DNA of 64,000 nt from Candidatus Nitrospinota bacterium M3_3B_026 (GTDB lineage Bacteria; Nitrospinota_A; UBA7883; JBPRGF01), in the NCBI GenBank assembly GCA_051418015.1, contig JBPRGF010000018.1, positions 55,427 to 119,426 on the forward strand, in the 5' to 3' direction. The position numbers were made by a program, and so were the translations under genes. Within the stretch, counting starts at the first letter, position 1, and each line of letters begins with the position of its first letter. The notes below the pieces were generated by a model, which did no database searches, was not told the DNA's origin, and saw only the letters and a list, made by a program, of their open reading frames with translations. Shown one piece after another: positions 33,368 to 42,330 of the stretch.

Positions 33368-33395
33368 TTGACACCCGCCGCCCTGATCTTATTAT
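33368..33395 (+). promoter_or_regulatory. Putative sigma70 promoter of hrcA-grpE
   Basis: TTGACA-16 nt-TATTAT. Confidence 0.5.
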
Positions 33396-33449
33396 TATAC
33401 CTAGTGACCGTGGTTAACTTTTAGAATTTTCAAACATATAGAAGCGAAG

Positions 33450-34514
33450 ATGCTGGACAGTAGAGCCGAGCGCGTCCTCGATGCGGCGGTGGAGCTGCAC
33501 ATGGAAAGCAAAGAGCCCGTAGGCGCGGGAAGGCTGGCCGAGAAAAGGGATTTCAACCTCTGCCCGGCGTCGATCCGCAACGTGATGGCCGACCTTGAGC
33601 GGAAAGGCTACCTGACCCAGCCGCACACCTCCGCCGGCAGAACCCCCACGGACAAGGGATATCGCTATTACGCCGACAGGCTGGCGGGACCCGTGGCGCT
33701 GCCGAAAAGGGATATGAACGACATCCGCCGGGCGGCCCGGCGCCTCACGGCCGTGGAGCTGGCCGATTTCATGGGGGCGATATCCGGCGCCCTGTCGCGT
33801 CTTTCCCTGCAGGCGGGCCTTGTGGGGCTGGCCTCCTGGGGCGCGGCGCCGATCAGGAAAATACAGCTCGTCCACATAAAGGACGACCTCATCATGGCGG
33901 TGGTCGTCTTCGACGGCGGGGGGATAAAAAACGTGCTCATGAACTCCACGGAGGCTTTCAGCCCCGGCGAGCTGGACAGGATGTCCAACTACTTCAATCA
34001 TCGTTTCTCGGGATTGTCCATCGCCGATATCCGCCGGACGCTTCTCGGGGAGATGAAAAAGGAGAAAAACAGGGTGGACGAGCTTGTCGCCCATGCGCTC
34101 GTGGTCGCCGAGGCCATGGAAGCCCGCGCCAGCGAGGGGGAGGGGAACTCGGTGCGCGTCGAAGGCGCAAGCAGGCTGATAGACCAGCTCGGCGCCCGTT
34201 TTGACGTGCCCAGGATAAAGGCGCTGTTCGACATGTTCAACGAAAAAGGCAGGCTCGTGTCGCTGGTTAATGACCTGCTCAAGGCGGAGGGGGTGAATTT
34301 CATCATAGGCTCCGAGTCCGAGATCGACGAACTCGCCGATTTCAGCTTCGTGACGCACACCTTCTCCGGCGCCGCCGGGGCCCTCGGCGCGGTGGGAATC
34401 ATCGGGCCGAAAAGGATGAACTACGGCCGCGCGGTGTCGCTTGTGACATACGCCGCCAGGCAGGTCAGCCTGAGGCTGGCCGGGCGGCTGGATGAGGAGG
34501 AGGAAAAACTTTGA
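33450..34514 (+). CDS. hrcA: Heat-inducible transcription repressor
   Basis: IRNVMADLE, PHTSAGRTPTDKGYRYY, GIIGPKRMNY. Confidence 0.93.
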   Translation: MLDSRAERVLDAAVELHMESKEPVGAGRLAEKRDFNLCPASIRNVMADLERKGYLTQPHTSAGRTPTDKGYRYYADRLAGPVALPKRDMNDIRRAARRLTAVELADFMGAISGALSRLSLQAGLVGLASWGAAPIRKIQLVHIKDDLIMAVVVFDGGGIKNVLMNSTEAFSPGELDRMSNYFNHRFSGLSIADIRRTLLGEMKKEKNRVDELVAHALVVAEAMEARASEGEGNSVRVEGASRLIDQLGARFDVPRIKALFDMFNEKGRLVSLVNDLLKAEGVNFIIGSESEIDELADFSFVTHTFSGAAGALGAVGIIGPKRMNYGRAVSLVTYAARQVSLRLAGRLDEEEEKL

Positions 34515-35200
34515 GGATAAAAGTGAAAGAGGAAAAACCGGAAAACACGCCGGAGGATGAAAAGGAGGAACCCCCCAGGGAGAGCGGGGAAAAACGGTCC
34601 GAAAAGAAAGGCGCCGGGGCTTTCCCGACGGAGGGCGGGAAGCTTGCGAAAAAGGAGCTGCCCCGAAGGAAAAAGGACGACGAGACGGCCGAGCTGCGGA
34701 AGATGGTGGACAACCTCACTGAAGAGCTTAAAAAACGGGAGGCCGAGCTCGTGACCGCCGAGGAACGGGTCATGCGCGCCGCCGCCGACGCGGAGAACTT
34801 CAAGAAACGCCTCCAGCGGGAGAGAGAGGAGGAGAGCAGGTACGCCAACGTATCGCTGGTGGAGGCGCTCCTTCCCGCCCTTGACAACTTCGAACAGGCC
34901 ATAGCCGCGGCGAAGTCCGGCGAGACGGACATGGCCAGCCTCACCGAGGGCGTCGACATGGTGAGCCGCCAGATAATGGATGTCCTGCGGCGGCGCGGGC
35001 TGGACAGGGTCGAGGCCGTCGGACGGCCTTTCGACCCGGAGACGATGGAGGCCGTGCGTCTGCTGGAGAGCGGCGAGCACGAGGACGGCGAGGTGGTGGA
35101 GGAATACATCCCCGGCTACAGGTTCAAGGACAGGGTGATCCGCCCCGCCAAGGTGAGGGTGGCGAAAAACACCGGGGAGAGCGAAGACGAGAGCGAATAA
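34511..35200 (+). CDS. grpE: Nucleotide exchange factor GrpE
   Basis: ADAENFKKR, LLPALDNFE, FDPETMEA, GYRFKDRVIRPAKV. Confidence 0.93.
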   Translation: MRIKVKEEKPENTPEDEKEEPPRESGEKRSEKKGAGAFPTEGGKLAKKELPRRKKDDETAELRKMVDNLTEELKKREAELVTAEERVMRAAADAENFKKRLQREREEESRYANVSLVEALLPALDNFEQAIAAAKSGETDMASLTEGVDMVSRQIMDVLRRRGLDRVEAVGRPFDPETMEAVRLLESGEHEDGEVVEEYIPGYRFKDRVIRPAKVRVAKNTGESEDESE

Positions 35201-35323
35201 AACTCCCCGGCCTCGCAACCGGAGTTTTCTCCAGGCGCGTCCTTCCTTTCGGCGGCGGACGCTGGCGCTGGTGTATGAACGCTAATACCCCTTCCGCCGT
35301 ATCTTCTCTCTTTGGGGGGAGGG

Positions 35324-35932
35324 ATGAGTAAAGACCCCGCGCCGGGGAGGGGCTGGTATATTCCCGCCGCGCTTATCGCCGTCCTGGGGGCCGTTTTTTT
35401 CGTCTACTACCTTTACATCGGCGTTTCGGATATCGCCGGGTCGCTCAAGCGCGCCGCCGGCCCCGGCGAAAGCGAGATCGTGCTCGAGAAGCCCGGCGCT
35501 TACCTGGTGTTCCACGAGTACGAGAGCGTCATCGGCGGCGTCCCCCACAGGGTTTCGCCCGGTGTCCGGGGCATGAGCTTCGCCATCGAGGAGAAGGCGA
35601 CGGGGCGGCGGGCGTCCCTCTCGCCGCCCCTGGGGGATTACAGCTATAAGGCCCCCGGACGCGCCGGCGCGGCCATTCTCACTTTTACCATCACCCGGCC
35701 GGGGCTTTATGTTTTTTCGTCATGGTACGATAATGAAAGCGGGCCGGAGAGGGTCTTCGCCATAGGGCGGGGATTCATGGCGAGGGTTTTTGTGACGGTG
35801 ATAACGGCGCTGGCCATTCTATTCGGGTCTTTCTCGGCCGGGGCGGCGCTGGCGGCTTTCGTGTATCATCGAAGGCGGAAAGCGGAAAAGGGCGCGCCGG
35901 TGGGGCCGCGCCCCGTGGAACCCGGGAGATGA
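35324..35932 (+). CDS. Hypothetical membrane protein (two TM helices around a beta-rich domain)
   Basis: GGAGG RBS, host-like codon usage, N- and C-terminal hydrophobic helices. Confidence 0.6.
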   Translation: MSKDPAPGRGWYIPAALIAVLGAVFFVYYLYIGVSDIAGSLKRAAGPGESEIVLEKPGAYLVFHEYESVIGGVPHRVSPGVRGMSFAIEEKATGRRASLSPPLGDYSYKAPGRAGAAILTFTITRPGLYVFSSWYDNESGPERVFAIGRGFMARVFVTVITALAILFGSFSAGAALAAFVYHRRRKAEKGAPVGPRPVEPGR

Positions 35933-35980
35933 AGGAGGACGCGTGAGGATCCGGAAACGGCTTATGGCGGGGAGGAGACA

Positions 35981-36337
35981 GTGAGCGGCGAGACGAGGCG
36001 TATGTTGTTCATCTTTTTGAATGTCTTTCTTTTCGCCGTCATCGTCTGGTCCTTCATAGTGAACACCCACTCCCTCATGAACCCTTACGCGCTGCTTTCG
36101 ATCTCGTCGCTGCCAGCCTTCATCGCGGCGGGGGCGGCGCTGCTTGTCCTGCGGACCTGGTATCCCGTTTCCATCGCCAACGCGCTCCTGCCGTTCGCGG
36201 CCATCGTGGTGTTCCTTGCGCCCCATGTCCTCCCGCCGTCCATGCTTGTCTCGTTCGCGAGCAACCTGCTGGCCGTCGGCCTCCTTGTGGCGGCGCCGGT
36301 GATGGTGGTCAACAACCTGCGTTCGGCCGGCGGCTAG
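35981..36337 (+). CDS. Hypothetical small integral membrane protein
   Basis: GGAGG RBS, GTG start, four hydrophobic segments. Confidence 0.55.
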   Translation: MSGETRRMLFIFLNVFLFAVIVWSFIVNTHSLMNPYALLSISSLPAFIAAGAALLVLRTWYPVSIANALLPFAAIVVFLAPHVLPPSMLVSFASNLLAVGLLVAAPVMVVNNLRSAGG

Positions 36338-36924
36338 GGCCGGGCCAGCGCGGCGGCGAGGTCTCCCAGCCTGGCGAAAAGCCTCTCCAGCTCGGACAGG
36401 TCTTTTATCAACCCGCTCCTTTCAACCTGCAGGCGGCCCTCCTTTATCTCGAAAGCCCCAAACTCTTTCAGGCCGCGCAACAGGATATGCCGCCGGTCGG
36501 GGTCCAGGTAGGTCCTCACCTGCTCCGGGTTGTCCCCCTTTACGATGAATGTTTTGTCGAACTCCGGATCACCCGTCTCCACGTCCATGGTCCCGAGGGC
36601 CTTGCCCAGCCTGCTGAGCCTGCTTTCAGGGCGGAGCCGGAAACCGGCCGGCAGGTCCGGGGGCGCGACGCGCATCCTGGTGTAGGTCGTGGACGTGTCC
36701 CCTGCGCTCACGATGTGGACGTCCAGGATAAACGGCATACCCTCGTTCTCTCCGGTGAAGACGAAAGAGCCTTTCCCCTCCTCCGAAAGGCCCCTCTCCG
36801 CTGCGAACATCCGCCATTTTCTGTCCACCTCCCCGCGCTCCTGGATCTTCTTTTTGAATATCCACAACAGGATCAGGAAGGCCAGGATGTAAGGCAGCAG
36901 GATGTAGACGTCCTCGAGACTCAT
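36334..36924 (-). CDS. Hypothetical membrane-anchored protein
   Basis: N-terminal TM helix; DVETGDPEFDKTFIV motif. Confidence 0.6.
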   Translation of the reverse strand: MSLEDVYILLPYILAFLILLWIFKKKIQERGEVDRKWRMFAAERGLSEEGKGSFVFTGENEGMPFILDVHIVSAGDTSTTYTRMRVAPPDLPAGFRLRPESRLSRLGKALGTMDVETGDPEFDKTFIVKGDNPEQVRTYLDPDRRHILLRGLKEFGAFEIKEGRLQVERSGLIKDLSELERLFARLGDLAAALARP

Positions 36925-36928
36925 CTTC

Positions 36929-37621
36929 TCATACGATCCTGTATCCCGGCGGCGCGATAACGACGGTCACCTCGCCCTTCACGCTCTCGCGGGATTTGAG
37001 CTTTTCGATCACCTCGTCCACGCCGCCGCGGATGAACTCCTCGAACTTCTTGGTCAGCTCCCGCGCCACGGTCACCTGCCGTCCCTCGATGAACCTGCGA
37101 ACCTCCTCCAGCGTCCTGACCAGCCTGGCGGAGGACTCGAAGAAGACGATGGTTCTTTCCTCTGCCGCCCAGGACTCGAACATCTTCACCCGCCCCTTTT
37201 TCCTTGGCGGGAACCCTTCGAAGACGAACCTGTGCGACGGGAAGCCCGACGCCGTGACGGCCAGGACAGGCGCCGCGGCGCCGGGGACGGGATGGACGGT
37301 TATGTTCTCCACGATGGCGGCGCGGACAAGGATCACGCCCGGGTCGCTCAGGCCCGGCGTCCCAGCGTCGGAGACCAGCGCGACGGTTTTTCCCTCCTTC
37401 ATCGCCCTCACGAGCGAGGGCGTCCGCCTGTCGGCGTTGTGGGCGTGAAAAGAGGTCAGCGCGGCGGGTCTGATCCCGTGCCGGTCCAGCAGTATCCGCG
37501 ACCGGCGGGTGTCCTCGGCGGCGACGATGTCCGCCGATTTCAGGACCTCGACGGCCCTGAAAGTGACATCGTCGAGGGCGCCGACGGGCGTGGCGACAAG
37601 GTAGAGCGCTCCGGGTTCCAT
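36929..37621 (-). CDS. rsmI: 16S rRNA C1402 2'-O-methyltransferase
   Basis: LYLVATPVG, AEDTR, VSDAGTPGLSDPG, ARELTKKFEE. Confidence 0.93.
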   Translation of the reverse strand: MEPGALYLVATPVGALDDVTFRAVEVLKSADIVAAEDTRRSRILLDRHGIRPAALTSFHAHNADRRTPSLVRAMKEGKTVALVSDAGTPGLSDPGVILVRAAIVENITVHPVPGAAAPVLAVTASGFPSHRFVFEGFPPRKKGRVKMFESWAAEERTIVFFESSARLVRTLEEVRRFIEGRQVTVARELTKKFEEFIRGGVDEVIEKLKSRESVKGEVTVVIAPPGYRIV

Positions 37622-37682
37622 GACATGGAGGATACCAGATTCCTCCGCCGGAAGAGGGCCCGGCGTTTTTCTCCCCGGAACG

Positions 37683-38630
37683 CTAAAACCTCCTGACCTC
37701 CGCCAGCTCGTTGTCCATGAAGATTTTTACGGCCGTGCGCCCCTTTATCTCCACCAGCAGGGAGATCGTGTCCCCCGGCCTGTGGGCCCGGTTGTAGATA
37801 TCTTTTTCGCCGTCCCTGTTCTCCTGGGTGATGGAGACTTTTACGGCGGACGGGCCCTCGGGCACGGTGTAATAGAGGATCGTGTAGGTGGCCGGCTCGT
37901 CCACCGAACCCTGCCGCCCCTCGGAAACCGTCAGGGTTATATAGGATCCCTTCTCCACCATGGCGCCGAAGGCGGGATCCTGGGCGATCACCTCCCCGCT
38001 CTCCTTGCCGTTCGCCCGCCTGTAAAGGACGCGCCTTATCCTCAGGTCGCTGTTTCTGATCCTGTCCATCGCGGCGGAGAGAGGCTGCCCCACGAAATCC
38101 GGCGCCATGATCCGCTCCGGGCGCGGCCCGGAGGACACGAGCAGGGTTATGGAGGCCCCTTTCGGCGCCAGCGTCCCCGGGGCCGGGTCCTGCGCCAGGA
38201 TGGTCCGCTCCTGCCTGCCGGAGTGAATATATATTTTCTTCTTGATTTTTATTCCCCTGCCCTCGAGAACCGCCTCCGCGCGCAACAGGCTGGAGCCGGT
38301 GATGTCCGGTATCAGCGTCTTGCTCGATCCCCGGCTTACGACCACCTTCACGGCTCTTCCCAGCTTGATGGGCTCGCCCGGCGGAGGGTCCTGGGATACG
38401 ATCCTGTCCTTCGGCGTGGTGGGGCTGTTTTCCATCCTGGTCACGGCCATGTAAAGCCCCCGGGAGCTGAGCGTCTCCATGGCCGGGATCACCATCTTGC
38501 CCCGTACGTCCGGGGCGGCGATCTTCTCCCCGCCCATGTACATGGCTATTTTCATGACCGTCACGCCGCTGGCCACGGTCACGGCCAGCAGCAGCAAAAA
38601 GACCTTGATATACTCCGCCGCCCGCCTCAT
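37683..38630 (-). CDS. Membrane-anchored triple-PASTA protein (no kinase domain)
   Basis: TM helix, then three repeats PD..G ... QDP.PG/QDP.FG ... VS.G; ATG overlaps the rsmB stop. Confidence 0.82.
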   Translation of the reverse strand: MRRAAEYIKVFLLLLAVTVASGVTVMKIAMYMGGEKIAAPDVRGKMVIPAMETLSSRGLYMAVTRMENSPTTPKDRIVSQDPPPGEPIKLGRAVKVVVSRGSSKTLIPDITGSSLLRAEAVLEGRGIKIKKKIYIHSGRQERTILAQDPAPGTLAPKGASITLLVSSGPRPERIMAPDFVGQPLSAAMDRIRNSDLRIRRVLYRRANGKESGEVIAQDPAFGAMVEKGSYITLTVSEGRQGSVDEPATYTILYYTVPEGPSAVKVSITQENRDGEKDIYNRAHRPGDTISLLVEIKGRTAVKIFMDNELAEVRRF

Positions 38631-40000
38631 GACCCTTTCCTCACGAGCCGGGCCGCGTGGAAGCCGTCCATCCCGCCGTCGCCCGGAAGCGCGAAAAAGC
38701 CGCCCCGCCCGTCGACAAAATCCGCCGCCTCCGCCGCGCCGCCGCGGGCCCCGTCCCTTTTGAAATCCACCCTGTTCTCCAGAAACCTCTCCACGATCAT
38801 GACCCCTTCCTCGGGCTCTATCGAGCAGACAGAGTAAACCAAAGCTCCCCCCGGCGCCAAGCTGTCCGCGGCGCGGTTTATCATTTCCCACTGCAACCTT
38901 GCCATCTCGAGGATAAGCCCGGCGTCCTTGTTCCATTTGCCTTCAGGGTGACGCCTCAATGTCCCCGTGGCCGAGCAGGGCGCGTCCAGGAATATCCTTT
39001 CGAAGGGGCGCCGCGCGGGCCATGGCGCCGCGGCGTCGGCCAGGACGGGGCGGGCGATTCGAACGCCAAGCCTGCTCATGTTCCGGGCGCTCTCCGCGAG
39101 CCTGGCCTGTGAGCCGTCGAGGAGGAGCAGGGTCCCCCTGTTCTCCATCCACTGGGCGAAGGCGCCGCTTTTTATCCCCTTGCCGCAACAGGCGTCCGCC
39201 ACCGTCTCGCCCGGAGCCGCGCCGAGCAGGCCCGCGGCGACGATCGACGAGGCGTCCTGCGGCTGGATATACCCGAGCCTGACCGGGGCGGACTCGGGCG
39301 TGATCCTGCCCCCCGTCAGCCTGTAGCAGTCTCTGGCCCAGGGAACAGGCGCCGCCTCCAGCCCCCAGCCTTCGAGGCTTTTCTCAAAATCCTCCGGACT
39401 GGTCTTCAGCCTGTTCAGGCGGAAGAAGACCGGCGCTCGCTCGTTCGATTGTCTCATGACCCTTTCGGCTGTCTCGAGCCCGAAGTTTTTTATCCAGCGC
39501 CGGGCGAGCCAGTCGGGGAAGGAGTGAATCCGGCCCAGTCTGGCGTGATCGGGCAGACCCTGGGGCAGGAGTTTTTCGACGGTTTCCCGCAAAGGCCGCC
39601 CGCTCGCTATCCCGGCGGCCCGGCGAAGGACGGCGTTCACGAAACCAGCGGCGCGTCTGCTCTGGGGCTGGTTTTTGGCCAGGGCCACCGTCTCGCTCAC
39701 CGCGGCGTAGGCGGGGGTGGACGACATGGCGGCGGCCTGGTAAAGCCCCATCCGCAGAAGCGCCATGACGACGGGCGGCCCGATCCTGTCCGGCGCCCTG
39801 TCCGAGGCTTTTTCGATGATCGTGTCCAGCGCCCGCCTCCAGCGCGTGACGCCGTGGACGATCTCCGAGACGAAGGCGGAGTCCAAGTCTCCGAGAGAGC
39901 CCTTCGCGCGCCCGGCGGCCAGCAGGGCGTCTATCCTGGCCTTGCGCCGCTCCAACTCGACGAGGATTTTCAGGGCTGAGAGTCTTGGCCTGTCAACCAA
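38627..40000 (-). CDS. rsmB: 16S rRNA m5C967 methyltransferase
   Basis: NusB-like N-terminus (FVNAVLR), QDASS, DAPCSATG, VYSVCS. Confidence 0.9.
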   Translation of the reverse strand: MVDRPRLSALKILVELERRKARIDALLAAGRAKGSLGDLDSAFVSEIVHGVTRWRRALDTIIEKASDRAPDRIGPPVVMALLRMGLYQAAAMSSTPAYAAVSETVALAKNQPQSRRAAGFVNAVLRRAAGIASGRPLRETVEKLLPQGLPDHARLGRIHSFPDWLARRWIKNFGLETAERVMRQSNERAPVFFRLNRLKTSPEDFEKSLEGWGLEAAPVPWARDCYRLTGGRITPESAPVRLGYIQPQDASSIVAAGLLGAAPGETVADACCGKGIKSGAFAQWMENRGTLLLLDGSQARLAESARNMSRLGVRIARPVLADAAAPWPARRPFERIFLDAPCSATGTLRRHPEGKWNKDAGLILEMARLQWEMINRAADSLAPGGALVYSVCSIEPEEGVMIVERFLENRVDFKRDGARGGAAEAADFVDGRGGFFALPGDGGMDGFHAARLVRKGS

Positions 40001-40029
40001 CGGGGTTTTCGGCGGAGGGCTTGCCCGCC

Positions 40030-40377
40030 CTAGCCGGGAGGCCAGTTCATGGGCCGGCCTCCCAGAACGTGGAGGTGCAGGTGCATGACCATCTGGCCCG
40101 CGCCGCGGCCGGTGTTGTTGACGATCCTGAAGCCGGATTTGTCTATCCCCTTCTCCCTTGCTATGCGGTTGGCCAGGAGGTACGCCTCGCCGATCGTTTT
40201 CGCGTCCTCATCGGCCAGGCCGAGGCTGGACTCCACGTGTTTTTTGGGGACTATCAGCACGTGGACGGGAGCCTGGGGGTTGATGTCCTCGAAAGCGAAA
40301 AGGGACTCCGTTTCCGCCACCTTGTTGCACGGTGTGTCGCCGGATATGATCTTGCAGAAAACGCAATCCTCGCTCAT
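40030..40377 (-). CDS. HIT (Hint) family nucleotide-binding protein
   Basis: CVFCKI, DINPQAPVHVLIVPK, HLHLHVLGG, WPPG. Confidence 0.92.
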   Translation of the reverse strand: MSEDCVFCKIISGDTPCNKVAETESLFAFEDINPQAPVHVLIVPKKHVESSLGLADEDAKTIGEAYLLANRIAREKGIDKSGFRIVNNTGRGAGQMVMHLHLHVLGGRPMNWPPG

Positions 40378-40513
40378 GAGCAAATTCTACATTACACCAC
40401 CGGGCGGAGCAACAACGATCGGCTTCTCGCCTCCGGGCGTGCGCTGAAAGATGTTTACCCCGGCCGCCGCAAAGAATATAATTGTGAAAAAAGGGGTTAC
40501 ATCGAAGCGATTG

Positions 40514-42211
40514 ATGGAAAGACAGGGCGCGGCGGCGGTATCGGCGTTGGTTCTTTTGCTTGTCCTGTCTGTCGCGCGCTGCGGCGGGACGCTGGACCAG
40601 AAAAAGGAGGGCGAGGCCGGGCATGGAGACGGTCTTTCCCTCGAGCTTTCATGGCCGGAGGGCTACAGCTACGACAGGGCCGCGGGTCGGCTTTTTCTCC
40701 CTTCCGGCCAGTTCCAGAAATCCGCTCCGGCCTATGTCACAAAGGTAACCCTGAGAATCAGCGGGGACGACATGGAGCCCGTCGTTCTCGACGTCCCGCC
40801 GGACACGCTCCGCGCATCGGCTACGCTGAGCTATGGCGTCCGCCGCTTCGACCTGGTGGTGGAGACGAACATAGGCGTGACCTTCACCGGCTCCACGACG
40901 CTGACCCTGGCGCCCGGCGTCACTGCCGTTCTCAAAATATCCCTCGAAATCAACGCGCCCCCGGTGATCAAGAGGATAGACATGTCCAACCCGGAGCCGA
41001 AAAAGGGCGACAGCATAACGATAGCCGCCGTGGCGAGCGACCCGGACCCCGACGACGTCCTTATCTACAAATGGGAGGGGACCGGACCGGAGGGCGAGAA
41101 AAGAACCTTCGAGGGGAAATCCTTCACCGGCGAGCCTTTCGAGCATGGGGGGACTTACAGGCTCACGCTGACGGTGAGCGACGGCCATGGCGGCGTGGCG
41201 CGGAAGGATTTTTCCTTCACGATCATAAACGAGCTTCCGGTGATCGTGGACATATCGAGCGTCTACGACGACGGCGGCGCGGGGGGCGACCCGAGAATTC
41301 TCCTTTCCTGTTCGGCGACGGACGCCGACGACCCGCCGGAGGATCTGGGGTATTTCTGGTTCGGCCCTTTCGGCTGGCGCGCCGAGGGCAAGGACGCCGT
41401 CTACAACGGCTCCTGCGGACAGTTCACCTGCGAGGCGAGGGACGACGACGGCGGCGTGGCCTCAAGGACCGTCGAGGTCCAAAGCTCGCCCCCGGCCATC
41501 ACCGGCGTGACACAGAGCAAGCAGTACGTGAAAAAGGGCGACACCGTCGATCTTTCATGCTCGGCTTCCGACCCGGACAACGACATACTGGAATACGAGT
41601 GGCAGGTGGGCAACTACATCAACACGGGCAGCTTCTGGTCCTACGTCTTCAAGGCCGCCGGCGACGTGAAACCCGCCTGCGTGGTGACGGACTGGTGCGG
41701 CTCGACGGATAAGAAGCCGCTGTGCCTGAACTCCTGCCAGTCGCCGAGGGACGCGGCGGCCTGCTCCAACGATTTCAGCAACGGCGTCGTGAAGGTGGAT
41801 ATCACCGTCCCTATGGGGGCGGATCTGGACCTGGAGGTCACGGATCCGAACGGCGTGAAGACGTGGTACGGCAAGCTGCGCCCCGGCAACGGATCCGAGC
41901 TGTGCGTCGACTCCGTCTGCTCAAACACCAGCCAGGTGGAGCTGATATTCTGGAAGGCCGGGTCGGCGCCGGTTACCGGCATGGGCAACTACTACACCGT
42001 CAAGGTGACATACGCCAACGACTGCGGCGCGGGCTCCATAAATTACGATATAAACTTCACGTCCAACGGAGACTGCTCCACGACCGGCTACTGTTTTTAC
42101 TCCGTTACGGGGCCCGCCACGAACTGCAACACAGTCTCCAGCTGCGGCAATACGCTTTCGATAAGCTCCGGCTTGACGGACACCTTCACGTTCGACATCA
42201 CCAGCCCGTGA
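40514..42211 (+). CDS. Exported multi-Ig/PKD-like, cysteine-rich protein
   Basis: Signal peptide ending VARC; three repeats of PVI/PAI...SDPD/TDAD...L.Y.W; DLDLEVTDPNG motif; Cys-rich C-terminus. Confidence 0.65.
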   Translation: MERQGAAAVSALVLLLVLSVARCGGTLDQKKEGEAGHGDGLSLELSWPEGYSYDRAAGRLFLPSGQFQKSAPAYVTKVTLRISGDDMEPVVLDVPPDTLRASATLSYGVRRFDLVVETNIGVTFTGSTTLTLAPGVTAVLKISLEINAPPVIKRIDMSNPEPKKGDSITIAAVASDPDPDDVLIYKWEGTGPEGEKRTFEGKSFTGEPFEHGGTYRLTLTVSDGHGGVARKDFSFTIINELPVIVDISSVYDDGGAGGDPRILLSCSATDADDPPEDLGYFWFGPFGWRAEGKDAVYNGSCGQFTCEARDDDGGVASRTVEVQSSPPAITGVTQSKQYVKKGDTVDLSCSASDPDNDILEYEWQVGNYINTGSFWSYVFKAAGDVKPACVVTDWCGSTDKKPLCLNSCQSPRDAAACSNDFSNGVVKVDITVPMGADLDLEVTDPNGVKTWYGKLRPGNGSELCVDSVCSNTSQVELIFWKAGSAPVTGMGNYYTVKVTYANDCGAGSINYDINFTSNGDCSTTGYCFYSVTGPATNCNTVSSCGNTLSISSGLTDTFTFDITSP

Positions 42212-42330
42212 CCGGCGGGCCGCGGGAAACGGGACCGTCCCCGCCGGCCGCGCGATATCCTCACCGAGGGGAGCGGTTCGATCTTCCTTTTTGAAGGGGA
42301 CGGCCGTTCAACGCCGCGGGCGTGGAGGGG

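Noticed and set aside
33400..33449. CIRCE upstream of hrcA
   Set aside because: TTAGAATTT is only a partial left arm, and there is no GAGTGCTAA-like right arm at 9-nt spacing.
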